From the NCBI GenBank assembly GCA_963792585.1, contig CAWBWI010000001.1, positions 1,120,001 to 1,184,000 of the forward strand: a DNA stretch of 64,000 bases. The letters run 5' to 3'. This stretch comes from Candidatus Eiseniibacteriota bacterium. GTDB lineage: Bacteria; Eisenbacteria; RBG-16-71-46; CAIMUX01; VGJL01. The notes beneath the pieces were generated by a model that was given only the letters and a program-made list of their open reading frames with translations, searched no databases and was not told where the DNA came from. Below, piece by piece: positions 1 through 9,487 of the stretch (its first letter is position 1; the number at the start of each line of letters is the position of its first letter). The translations under genes and the position numbers were made by a program.

Positions 1-502
1 CCAGAGCGTCAGGGCGACGATCGGGACGTCGTCGATCGACTTCGGCTTGACGACGGCCGGCCCGGCACCGGGCGGGATCCTCTCCGGGTTCGCCATCAGC
101 TTCGTGTACAGCTTGACCAGGCTCTCCTCGGGATCCTCGCCGACCTTGAAGCGGACGATCGCCATCGCGAAGTTCGGGCTCGAGGTCGTGTAGACGTACT
201 CGACGCCCGGGATCTCCCAGACGCAGCTTCTCGAGCGGGGCTCGCGACGCGCTCCTCCACCTCGCGCGCGGAGGCGCCCGGGGAAGGGAACGAGGACGTC
301 GATCATCGGCACCTTGATCTGCGGCTCCTCCTCGCGCGGCGTGATCAGCACGGCGAAGACGCCCGAGCGCGAGCGCGACGAGGACGAGCAGCGGCGTCAG
401 CTTGAGTTGATGAAGGTCTGGGCGACGCGCCCGGACGCGCCGAGGCTCGTTGCGGACCATTCTTCAGGGAGCTTCGTCTTCGCGATCGATCGGCGTGCTC
501 AT
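1..502 (-). CDS. RND efflux transporter permease (AcrB/CzcA family), N-terminal part; runs off the window and contains frameshifts
   Basis: Manual minus-strand translation gives 'LGASGRVAQTFINSKLTPLL' and 'VFAVLITPREEEPQIKVPMIDV', a typical RND N-terminus. The probable ATG (502-500) overlaps the stop of the adaptor gene. Confidence 0.85.
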
Positions 503-1579
503 CCCTGCACCTCGATCGGAGCACCGACCTCGAGGGACGACGGGCGGATCGAGGATGACCCGATCCCCGTCGCGAGAGGCCCGAGAGGACCTCGACACGC
601 TCCGCCGCGCCATCGCGCGACGGTGACGAGGCGGAAGCGTCGCGCGCCCGTCCTCGGCGACGAAGACGCCCGATCAGTCCCCCGCGTGTCGCAGGAGCGC
701 AGCGCGCGGGACGCGCAGGCCGCGCGCGGGTGCCCGACGGAAGGTGCGCCCCGCCATAGAGACCCGAGCGAAGGCCCGGAGCCTCGGCGACAGGTCGATC
801 TTGACGAGGAAGGAGCGGGTCGCCGGATCGACGGCCGGGACGACCTCCGCGATCGTGCCTTCGAACGTCCGATCGCCCAGCGACGGGATCGCGGACCTGC
901 ACGGTCCGCCCGGAATCGCCGCAGTCCAGTTCGCCTTCCGAGAGGGAGACGTCCAGGCGCAGGATCCGGCTCGCATCCTCGATCTTCATCAGCGGCCGCC
1001 CCGGCGCCGCCAGGTCGCCGACCTCGCAGAGACGGTCGACCACGCGCCCGTCGAAGGGGGCCGCGATCTCTGCGTAGCTGCGGTAGGAGCTTGCCGTGCG
1101 ACACGCCCCCTCGGCCTGCGTGACCGCCCCCTTCGCCGTCTCGCACTGATAGCGGGCCTGGTCGAGTTCGAGCTGCGAGGCGGCGTCGCGCGCGAAGAGC
1201 TGCTCGAAGCGCATGTAGGTTCGTCTCGCGCGAGGGCCGCAGCGGCCTTCGCCTGCGCAAGCGCGCCCTCGGCCTGCACGATCTGGCCTTCCACGTCCCG
1301 GCTGTCGATCACGATCAAGACCTCGCCCTGGCGGACCGCTTCCCCGGCCGTCTTGCGGATCTCGATCACGGTGCCCATCACCTTCCCGGCAAGAATGGTC
1401 TCGCGGCCGCTGCGCAGCGAACCCGCCGCCTCGACGGTCCCCGGCTCGTCCGAGGCAGCCACGATCGCGGTCCGGACCGCGATCGGGATACGGGGCGATT
1501 CGCCCTTATCTCCGTGCCCGCACGCGACGAGGAGAAGCGGAAGGAGTGTGAACGAAAGGGCTCTCATCTTGCGATTCAT
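499..1579 (-). CDS. RND periplasmic adaptor (membrane fusion protein), lipoprotein; split by several frameshifts
   Basis: Lipobox LLVAC, lipoyl-like 'GEAVRQGEVLIVID' and 'AEIAAPFDGRVV', and 'VDPATRSFLVKIDL' are spread over ORFs 989-1609, 345-1214, 674-976 and 499-1260. SD AAGGAGG precedes ATG 1579. Confidence 0.85.
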
Positions 1580-1592
1580 GGGCTTCCCCTCC

Positions 1593-2963
1593 TTATTCAT
1601 TTTCCGCAACCGGCGGCAGACCGGCGGCGAAGTTCAGAGCGCGGAGCGAACGCTGGAGGCCGAAGCGGGCCTGCAACTCGCGGGCGCGGGCCTCGTTGAC
1701 CATGGTCTCGGCATCCAGGATGTCGGTCATTTTCGCGACCCCCTGGGCGAAGCGCTCCTCCAGGATCGCGAGGGCCCTCTCCGCAGTCGTCACTCCGGAG
1801 GCCGCCGCAAGTATCCGCGCGCGGGCCTCCTCGACCGCCTGCCAGGCCTGGCGCACCTCGAAGTCGACCTGTTGCTCATAGGCACGCGCGGACTCCGTCG
1901 CGGCGGCGCGCTCGCTCTTGCTGCGGGCCAGATGGAATGAGGTCTGACCCCAGTTCCAGACCTTCCACCGCGCCATCGCCATCAGGGCGTAGCTCGTTCC
2001 GTGATCCCCGAAGATCTTCTCGTCGTTGAGACTGTACTTGCCCACAAGGGCGATCTCGGGCAGGTAGTCGCCCCACGCCATCTTCACGCCAAGGGAGGCC
2101 GCCTCGACCTTCGCCTCGACGGCCCGGAGATCGCGGCGTCGCTCGTGTGCCGAGGCGAGGGCATCCTCGAATGTTGCGAAAGGGCTCGACGGCTCGGCCA
2201 GATCCGCGTCCAGCTCGAAAACGCGCGCCTGATCGACCCCCATCGCTCGGTTCAAGCCCGCTCGCGCAAGACGCGCGTTGTTCTGCGCCATGATCCGGTT
2301 CTCCTCCATCCGCGACCGCTGGGTCCGCGCCTGCAGGAGGTCGCTTTCCACCATCATCCCCGCGTCATAGAACGCCTGCGCCTGGTCGACGTGTTTGGTG
2401 GTCGTGTCGAGGGCCTTCTCCGCCAGCTCGAGGAAACGGTCGGCCAAGAGAACACCCATGTAGCCATCGGCCACGCCGAGCGAAACTGCCGATTCGGTGT
2501 GGTCGCGGACCGCCGCAGCCGCCGTTTCCATCCGGCCCGCCTGAGCGATTCCGGCCTCGAGTTTCCCTCCCGTGAACAGCGGAAGGGTCGCTTGCACCTC
2601 GGTCGCGTAATTGACGATCGGATCCGGTTCATTGGGATCGCTCATCGTGAATGCCGGGAAGGAGAATCGCTCCTGCATCAATTGGAGGCCGAAGGCGTCC
2701 GCCGGCGAGTCGGTCTTGAGGGCGACCTGCCGGACTTCCACCCCGGGCAAACGCGAGACCCACGCTTCCCGGTATCCCTGCCGCGCGGCCTCCGCGTTCG
2801 CGCGGCTTTCCAGGATGCTCGGGTTCGCGCCGCGTGCGAGTTCCACCGCGCGCGGGAGAGTCAGCGGCTCGCCGGCGGCCCGGCCCGCGACCAGGAATCC
2901 CGTTGCCGCGAGGACCATCGCCGCCGGCCACAAACTCCACGCGCTGTTCCGAGGTTTGCTCAT
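1593..2963 (-). CDS. TolC-family outer membrane efflux protein
   Basis: Signal peptide, 'LTLPRAVELARGANP', 'LPLFTGG', two OEP helical repeats; first gene of a TolC-MFP-RND operon. Confidence 0.9.
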   Translation of the reverse strand: MSKPRNSAWSLWPAAMVLAATGFLVAGRAAGEPLTLPRAVELARGANPSILESRANAEAARQGYREAWVSRLPGVEVRQVALKTDSPADAFGLQLMQERFSFPAFTMSDPNEPDPIVNYATEVQATLPLFTGGKLEAGIAQAGRMETAAAAVRDHTESAVSLGVADGYMGVLLADRFLELAEKALDTTTKHVDQAQAFYDAGMMVESDLLQARTQRSRMEENRIMAQNNARLARAGLNRAMGVDQARVFELDADLAEPSSPFATFEDALASAHERRRDLRAVEAKVEAASLGVKMAWGDYLPEIALVGKYSLNDEKIFGDHGTSYALMAMARWKVWNWGQTSFHLARSKSERAAATESARAYEQQVDFEVRQAWQAVEEARARILAAASGVTTAERALAILEERFAQGVAKMTDILDAETMVNEARARELQARFGLQRSLRALNFAAGLPPVAENE

Positions 2964-3032
2964 GCCCCCTCCGTTCCTCGATCCCCTTGATCCGCCTTCC
3001 CGAAGGACTACACTGAATCGCAAGATCACTAC

Positions 3033-3082
3033 TTGCGTCTATGTCTATATGTGAATATACTGATCTAGGAATCGGAAGTCAA
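3033..3082. promoter_or_regulatory. Overlapping divergent sigma70-type promoters with a central palindrome (likely ArsR operator)
   Basis: Plus strand TTGCGT(3033-38)-17-TATACT(3056-61) points to arsR. Minus strand TTGACT(3082-77)-17-TATATT(3059-54) points to tolC. Palindrome TATAT-gtga-ATATA at 3046-3059. Confidence 0.7.
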
Positions 3083-3098
3083 GCACGCGGGAGGCATA

Positions 3099-3479
3099 AT
3101 GCAGAATTCATATAAAACCATGAGTGCAAGCACGTTAGCGATGATCGCAGAGCGATTTCGGATGCTCGGCGACGCCTCGCGACTCCGGCTGCTGCAAGCA
3201 TTGGCGGATCGCGAGATGTCGGTCGGCGAGTTGGTCGAGGCCACCGAGACGGCGCAGGCGAGCGTCTCCAAGCAGTTGCAGCTCCTGCTCCGCGCCGGCT
3301 TCGTCGCGCGCCGCAGGCAAGGGCTGCATGTCTATTATCGAATCGCCGATCCGAACGTGTTCAAGCTCTGCGATGCGGTGTGTGGCAGCCTCACGGAGCA
3401 ACTGCAGAGGGAACTGTCATCCCTTAAGGAGTCCACCACCCCGAACAAGCGGCTGGGAAACCGCAAGCGGACGGTTTAG
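3099..3479 (+). CDS. ArsR/SmtB-family transcriptional repressor (start may be 3120)
   Basis: 'FRMLGDASRLRLL', 'SVGEL', 'VSKQLQLL..AGFV..RRQG..VYY' winged HTH; C-terminal CDAVC. Confidence 0.92.
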   Translation: MQNSYKTMSASTLAMIAERFRMLGDASRLRLLQALADREMSVGELVEATETAQASVSKQLQLLLRAGFVARRRQGLHVYYRIADPNVFKLCDAVCGSLTEQLQRELSSLKESTTPNKRLGNRKRTV

Positions 3480-3525
3480 CACCCGCCGGCTTGCGGCCGC
3501 CTCCCGCGATTCGATGCGGACGCTG

Positions 3526-4497
3526 TCACCAGGCATAGGCCTCGGGCGCCGCCCCTCCCGGTCCGGGCCAGATTCCATCGAGCTTCGTCCGGAGCGCATC
3601 GGTCAGCGGCACCTCGAACGCGCGCAGGCTTCCCTCGAGCTGCTCCATCGTCCGAGGACCGATGATCGGCGCCGTGACCGCAGGATTGTGAAGGAGCCAC
3701 GCCAGGGCGACATCGGCCGGCTTCTCCCCGATTTCCCGGCAAAGCACCTCGTAGGCCTCCAGCCGTGACCGGTGTCTCTCGATGCTCTTCACCAGGTTCT
3801 CCGATGTTCGCCGACCCGGGGCCGCACCCTCGAGGATTCCGCCCAGCAGGCCCCCCGCGAGCGGACTCCATGGGATCAGCCCGAGACCGTAGGCCCGGCA
3901 AACCGGAATCACCTCCAGCTCGATCGTCCGCGCGGAGAGATTGTAGAGACTCTGCTCCGAGACGAGCCCGAGGAAATGTCTGGCCGTCGCGGCCCCTTGC
4001 GCCTGGGCGATGTGCCACCCGGCGAAGTTGCTGCTCCCGACGTAGATCACCTTCCCTTCGCGGACGAGTTGCTCCATCGCCTGCCAGACTTCGTCCCAGG
4101 GGGAATCGCGATCGACGTGGTGCATCTGGTACAGGTCGATGTGGTCGGTCTGGAGCCTGCGGAGGCTGTCCTCGCAGGCGCGGCGGATGTGGTAGGCGGA
4201 AAGTCGCCGCTCGTTGGGTCCATCCCCGATCGAACCGTACACCTTCGTCGCGAGCACGATCTTCTCGCGGCGGCCGTCGCCCTGCGCCAGCCAACGCCCG
4301 ATGATCTGCTCCGTCCAGCCCTTCCCCTTCTGCCACCCATAGACATTCGCCGTGTCGAAGAAGTTGATCCCCAGCTCGAGCGCCCGATCCATGATCGCGA
4401 AGCTGTCCGGTTCGCTGGTGAGGGGCCCGAAGTTCATGGTGCCGAGACAGAGGCGGCTCACTTGAAGGCCGGTGCGGCCGAGGCGGACGGTTTCCAT
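3526..4497 (-). CDS. Aldo/keto reductase
   Basis: 'LGRTGLQVSRLCLGTMNFG', 'FFDTANVYG', 'SLRRLQTDHIDLYQMH', 'PWSPLAGGLL'. Confidence 0.95.
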   Translation of the reverse strand: METVRLGRTGLQVSRLCLGTMNFGPLTSEPDSFAIMDRALELGINFFDTANVYGWQKGKGWTEQIIGRWLAQGDGRREKIVLATKVYGSIGDGPNERRLSAYHIRRACEDSLRRLQTDHIDLYQMHHVDRDSPWDEVWQAMEQLVREGKVIYVGSSNFAGWHIAQAQGAATARHFLGLVSEQSLYNLSARTIELEVIPVCRAYGLGLIPWSPLAGGLLGGILEGAAPGRRTSENLVKSIERHRSRLEAYEVLCREIGEKPADVALAWLLHNPAVTAPIIGPRTMEQLEGSLRAFEVPLTDALRTKLDGIWPGPGGAAPEAYAW

Positions 4498-4646
4498 TCC
4501 GGGTGGTTCCTTTCCGATCCGAAGCCGAGGTCCCTTGGACGGCTTGGTCGCAGCGTAGCACGGAGTCTCGCGCGTTCGGATTGAGGAAGACGACGGTATC
4601 CGGTATTCTGGCCGGCGACCGCAGTCACAGCCAACCGGAGGTCCCC

Positions 4647-6185
4647 ATGCCGAAGAGCCTCAGACCCCTGTTTCTCGCCCTCATCCTGTTCGGCGCCGGC
4701 CATCCGGCCACAGCCGTCGATTGGACCAACTCCGGCGGCAATGCGGCCCGGAACGGCCTCACCGCGGAAGTCGGCCCGACGAGCGCAAACCTCGCTTGGT
4801 CGGGGGGCCGGAGTTCACTGATCGCCTGGCTGCCCGTCACGGAAGGCGAGAGCGTGTTCATGGTGCGCCAGCCGCGCTGGCCCGACCAGCAACCGAACGA
4901 CGCCTACATCGTCGCGTCCGATATCCAGACGGGTGGAGAGTTGTGGGCGAGGGTCCTGCCCTATAACACGGGCGATTGGATCCCCTGGATCGGCGGGGTG
5001 AGCAACGGCAAGGTCTATGCGTCCCGCTCGGGCAACGGGGCCTCCGTGAACGCCAGGCTCTACGCCCTGGACGTTACCGACGGGCACACCGTGTGGATCT
5101 CCCAGGCGCTTCAGAACGCCGGGGCGTACGACGGCGTCGTCTTCGCGCCGGATGGGGACCCGATCGTCGCCTCGTTCCAGGATATCTGGCGGTTCAATGC
5201 CGATGACGGCGCGACCGTTTGGCACGCCGCCCGCGTCGGCTCCGTGAGCGGGAGCTGCGGCGGCGCCCGGTTCGGCGACGCTTTCTATGTAGCCGACGCG
5301 GTCGCGGGCGGCCACGCAATCGTTCGCTTCGATGTCACAACAGGCGCCCGAATGTACCAGAGCCCGACGATGCCTGGCTTCACCCTCCAGAACACCCCGA
5401 TGGTGGGTCCGGACGGAACCGTCTACCTGAGCCGCACACAGAACAATCCGGCGGTCGACTTCTACTACGCCTTCACCGACACCGGAACCGAGTTCGTGGA
5501 GAAGTGGCACATCGCAAGCTATGCCGGGGCGTTCGCGGAGTTCGGCGCCGGGCCGGACGGCTCGCTCTACTTCGTGATCCCCGGTCCGCGGCTGGCGCGC
5601 ATCGACCCGGCGACGGGCGGGGTCGTGAACCAAACCCCCGTCCTCAGCGGGTTCACAGCCGCCCACATTGCGGTGGACGGGGACGGCAAGGTCTGTTGCT
5701 CGAACAGCGCCTTCAGCTCCGGGCGGCTCTACGCCTACGACGCGGACCTGACCCCGCGGTGGGACGTCGGCGTCCCGAACATCAACATCGGCGGCCCGTC
5801 GCTCGGCCGCTACGGCACGATGATCGTGTGCGGCACGGGCTCCGATGTCCGAGCGTACCGGACGGTCAACCCCGCGGAAGTGGCCGAGCTTCCGACCCAG
5901 GCCCCGGTCGCCGGCATCGCCATGGCGATGCCCAATCCGTTCCGGGAGGACACGTCGATCCGCTTCTTGCTGCCGCGTTCGGGATCGGTCAGCGTCCGGA
6001 TCTACGACGCGCTCGGCACGCAGATCCGCTCCCTCGCTGCCGAAGAAGAGAGACCGGCGGGAAGTCAGATCGTGGCGTGGGACGGCCGCTCGAATACGGG
6101 TGCCCCGTCTCCGTCGGGCGTCTACTATTTTCGGATCGACGCGGGAGGATCGAGCCAGACCGGCCGGATGACCCTCACCCGTTGA
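4647..6185 (+). CDS. Secreted PQQ-like beta-propeller protein with C-terminal FlgD-Ig (T9SS-CTD-like) domain
   Basis: SD GGAGG, signal peptide, 'W...GGNAARNG', repeated 'LYALD..DG..VW' blades, C-terminal 'PNPF...IYD..G..IR.L...WDGR...SGVYY'. Confidence 0.8.
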   Translation: MPKSLRPLFLALILFGAGHPATAVDWTNSGGNAARNGLTAEVGPTSANLAWSGGRSSLIAWLPVTEGESVFMVRQPRWPDQQPNDAYIVASDIQTGGELWARVLPYNTGDWIPWIGGVSNGKVYASRSGNGASVNARLYALDVTDGHTVWISQALQNAGAYDGVVFAPDGDPIVASFQDIWRFNADDGATVWHAARVGSVSGSCGGARFGDAFYVADAVAGGHAIVRFDVTTGARMYQSPTMPGFTLQNTPMVGPDGTVYLSRTQNNPAVDFYYAFTDTGTEFVEKWHIASYAGAFAEFGAGPDGSLYFVIPGPRLARIDPATGGVVNQTPVLSGFTAAHIAVDGDGKVCCSNSAFSSGRLYAYDADLTPRWDVGVPNINIGGPSLGRYGTMIVCGTGSDVRAYRTVNPAEVAELPTQAPVAGIAMAMPNPFREDTSIRFLLPRSGSVSVRIYDALGTQIRSLAAEEERPAGSQIVAWDGRSNTGAPSPSGVYYFRIDAGGSSQTGRMTLTR

Positions 6186-6201
6186 GCGTGTGGGGGGCTG
6201 C

Positions 6202-7644
6202 ATGAGCACGACGGTCCGCGTTCGTTTCGCGCCGAGCCCGACCGGCTATCTCCATGTGGGAAGCCTGCGGACGGCGCTCTACAACTACCTGTTCGCACGA
6301 AAGCACGGCGGGGTCTTCATCCTGCGCATCGAGGATACCGACCGAACTCGGTACGTTCCGGGAGCGACCGAGAACCTGATTGCCGCCCTGGCCTGGGCCG
6401 GGCTCTCGTACGACGAGGGGCCCGAGGTCGGGGGCCCGCACGAGCCGTACTACCAATCGAAGCGCCGCCCCCTCTATCTTGCCGCGGTCGAGCGACTCGT
6501 CGCCTCCGGGCACGCCTATCCCTGTTTCTGCACCGCCGAGCGGCTCGATTCGATGCGCAAGGTCGCCACCGAGAAGAAGCTCTCGACGAAGTACGATCGC
6601 GCTTGCCTGCGCCTGTCCACCCACGAAGTCGAAGCCAGGAAGGCAGCGGGCATCCCAAACGTGATCCGTCTCTTCTGTCCCGACGAGACGATCACGGTGC
6701 GGGACCTGGTCCGCGGCGAGGTGGAGTTCTCACCTGAGGTGATGGACGATCAGGTCCTTCTGAAGTCCGATGGATACCCGACCTACCATCTTGCCAATGT
6801 CGTCGACGATCGTGAGATGCGGATCACCCACGTCATTCGCGGCGAGGAGTGGCTCTCCAGCACGCCGAAGCACGTGCTCCTCTATCGCTACCTCGGGTAC
6901 GAAACGCCCCTCTTCGCGCACCTGCCGCTGCTCTTGAATCCGGATCGGAGCAAGCTCAGCAAGCGGCAGGGCGACGTCGCGGTGGAGGACTACCGGGATC
7001 GGGGCTATCTGCCGGAAGCCCTCAACAACTTCGTCGCCTTCCTCGGCTGGAATCCGGGCGATGACCGGGAGATCTTCGCCGTCGAGGAGTTGGTGGAAGC
7101 CTTCTCGCTGGAGCGGGTGAACAAGTCCGGGGCGATCTTCAACGTCGACAAGCTCAAGTGGTATCAACAGGAATGGATGCGGAGGCGCTCGGACGACTCG
7201 ATCCTCGCCGAGTTACGCCCCCTGCTGGACGCGCGCGGCTGGACGGCCTTTCCCGACGCCTATTGCCTGCAGATGATCGGCCTGATGCGCGAGCGGGTCG
7301 AGTTCGTCCGCGACTACCCGGCAGCGGCGGCGTGGTTCTTCGAGGACCCGTCCACCTACGACCCTCCGACGGTCCAGAAACGATGGGGACCGGGCAGCGC
7401 GGATCGATGCCGGGGAATCCTCCCCGTCCTGGAGTCCCTCGAGACCTTCAACACGGAGAACCTGCATCGCGCAGTGCAGGCACAGGCAGATGGGATGGGC
7501 CTCAAGCTCGGAGATCTCGTCCATCCCTTGCGCCTCGCCTGCACGGGGGTCGGCGGGGGCCCGGGGCTCTTCGAGCTGATGGAGGTTCTCGGCAAGGAGA
7601 CTTGCCTGCGAAGGATCCACCGCGCGACCGCGGTCCTCGGCTAA
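6202..7644 (+). CDS. gltX: Glutamate--tRNA ligase
   Basis: 'RVRFAPSPTGYLHVG', 'LRIEDTD', 'HVIRGEEWL', 'KLSKR'. Confidence 0.97.
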   Translation: MSTTVRVRFAPSPTGYLHVGSLRTALYNYLFARKHGGVFILRIEDTDRTRYVPGATENLIAALAWAGLSYDEGPEVGGPHEPYYQSKRRPLYLAAVERLVASGHAYPCFCTAERLDSMRKVATEKKLSTKYDRACLRLSTHEVEARKAAGIPNVIRLFCPDETITVRDLVRGEVEFSPEVMDDQVLLKSDGYPTYHLANVVDDREMRITHVIRGEEWLSSTPKHVLLYRYLGYETPLFAHLPLLLNPDRSKLSKRQGDVAVEDYRDRGYLPEALNNFVAFLGWNPGDDREIFAVEELVEAFSLERVNKSGAIFNVDKLKWYQQEWMRRRSDDSILAELRPLLDARGWTAFPDAYCLQMIGLMRERVEFVRDYPAAAAWFFEDPSTYDPPTVQKRWGPGSADRCRGILPVLESLETFNTENLHRAVQAQADGMGLKLGDLVHPLRLACTGVGGGPGLFELMEVLGKETCLRRIHRATAVLG

Positions 7645-7675
7645 CCGATGATCGGAGCGGGAGAGGCGGCCGGAC

Positions 7676-9397
7676 TTACTTGCCCGCCGCCTCGATCTTC
7701 GCCCAGGAGTCGCGCAGGGTGACGGTTCGGTTGAAGACCGGCTGCCCGGGGCGCGAGTCACGTGAATCAACGCAGAAGTAGCCGAGCCGCTCAAATTGGA
7801 CGCGGCTGCCCGGCGCGAGATCGCGGAGCCCGGCCTCCAGACGGCAGTCGGTCAAGGTCTCGAGGGACTTGGGACTCAGGTACTCCCTGAAGTCCGTTCC
7901 ATCTTCGCCCCCTTCCGGGTCCGGCCGGGAGAACAGGTGGTCGTAGAGTCGCACCCCGGTCACGAAGGAATGCGCCGCGGAGACCCAGTGGATCGTCCCC
8001 TTGATCTTCCTGCCGTCGGGACTCGATCCGCCGCGTGAAGCGGGATCGTACGTGCAACGCAGCTCGCGCACGTCTCCGGTCGCCGGATCCTTCACGACAC
8101 CGGTGCAGGTCATGTAGTAGGCGCCGCGCAACCGCACCTCATTGCCGGGATAGAGCCGGTGGTACTTGGGCGGCGGCGATTCGCGGAAGTCGTCCTGCTC
8201 GATGTAGATCACCTTCGAGAACGGAACCTTCCTCATGCCGAGGGAGGGGTCCTCCGGGTTGACCTGAAGCTCGAACTCCTCGACCAGATCGTCCGGGTAG
8301 TTCTCGATCACGACCTTCAGCGGACGGAGGACCGCCATCGCGCGCCGCGCGTGCCGATTCAGGTCCTCGCGGACGGCATGCTCCAGCATGCCGAATTCGA
8401 TCGTGCTGTTGCGCTTTGCCATTCCGGTCCGCTCGAGAAATGTGCGGATCGCCTCCGGGGTGAATCCCCGCCGGCGCATCCCGCAGAGGGTCGGCATCCG
8501 GGGGTCGTCCCAACCACTCACGGACCCATCCTCGACCATCTGGCGGAGCTTGCGCTTGCTCATCACGGTGTAGGTCAGGTTCAGGCGCGCGAACTCGAAC
8601 TGCTGGGGGCGATCCGGGAGGTCGAGTTGATCGAGGAACCAGTCGTAGAGCGGCCGATGGTCCTCGAATTCGAGGCTGCAGAGGGAGTGGGTGACCCGCT
8701 CGATCGCGTCCGACTGACCGTGGGCCCAGTCGTAGGAGGGATAGATGCACCAGGCATCGCCCGTCCGGTGATGCGTCACCCTGCGGATTCTGTACATCAC
8801 CGGATCGCGCATGTTCATGTTCGGCGAGGCCATGTCGATCTTTGCCCGTAGAACACGGCTCCCGTCGGGGTACTCCCCCGCCCGCATCCGATGGAAGAGG
8901 TCCAGGTTCTCGTCGATCGGGCGGTCTCGGAACGGGCTGTCGCGACCCGGCTCGGTGAGCGTCCCCCGATACTCACGGATCTCCTCCGCCGACAGATCGC
9001 ACACGTAGGCGTGGCCGTCCCGAATCAGCTTTTCCGCGAACGCATAGAGCTGCTCGAAGTAGCTGGATGCATAGTAGAGGCGATCCTCCCAGTCCCACCC
9101 GAGCCAGCGGATGTCCTCCATGATCGCGTCGACGTATTCCACGTCTTCCTTGACGGGATTCGTGTCGTCGAACCGCAAGTTGCACTTGCCGCCGAACTCC
9201 GCCGCGACCCCGAAGTCGAGCGCGATCGCCTTCGCGTGCCCGATGTGGAGGTAGCCGTTGGGCTCGGGCGGGAAGCGCGTCTGGACGCGGCCGTCGTGCT
9301 TGCCGGACTCGAGGTCCGCCGTCACGATCGCCCGGATGAAATCGAGGGGTTGGGTCTCGGGTGACTTATCTTCAGGATCAACCGGCGTCATGTTCAT
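7676..9397 (-). CDS. glnS: Glutamine--tRNA ligase
   Basis: '[17 protein letters not shown]', 'LRFDDTNP', 'VMSKRKL', 'WDDPRMPT', 'QFERLGYF'; SD AGGAG. Confidence 0.97.
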   Translation of the reverse strand: MNMTPVDPEDKSPETQPLDFIRAIVTADLESGKHDGRVQTRFPPEPNGYLHIGHAKAIALDFGVAAEFGGKCNLRFDDTNPVKEDVEYVDAIMEDIRWLGWDWEDRLYYASSYFEQLYAFAEKLIRDGHAYVCDLSAEEIREYRGTLTEPGRDSPFRDRPIDENLDLFHRMRAGEYPDGSRVLRAKIDMASPNMNMRDPVMYRIRRVTHHRTGDAWCIYPSYDWAHGQSDAIERVTHSLCSLEFEDHRPLYDWFLDQLDLPDRPQQFEFARLNLTYTVMSKRKLRQMVEDGSVSGWDDPRMPTLCGMRRRGFTPEAIRTFLERTGMAKRNSTIEFGMLEHAVREDLNRHARRAMAVLRPLKVVIENYPDDLVEEFELQVNPEDPSLGMRKVPFSKVIYIEQDDFRESPPPKYHRLYPGNEVRLRGAYYMTCTGVVKDPATGDVRELRCTYDPASRGGSSPDGRKIKGTIHWVSAAHSFVTGVRLYDHLFSRPDPEGGEDGTDFREYLSPKSLETLTDCRLEAGLRDLAPGSRVQFERLGYFCVDSRDSRPGQPVFNRTVTLRDSWAKIEAAGK

Positions 9398-9487
9398 GCC
9401 TTTCTCCTATGAGGGGGTACGATAGCATGCCGATCGAGCGTCGTCCTGCGCTTTGCGCCCACCCCCGACTGCGGTACCATACGGTCG

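Noticed and set aside
6202..9397. Adjacent gltX and glnS as a novel system
   Set aside because: Both are ordinary enzymes, and their clustering is known in many bacteria.
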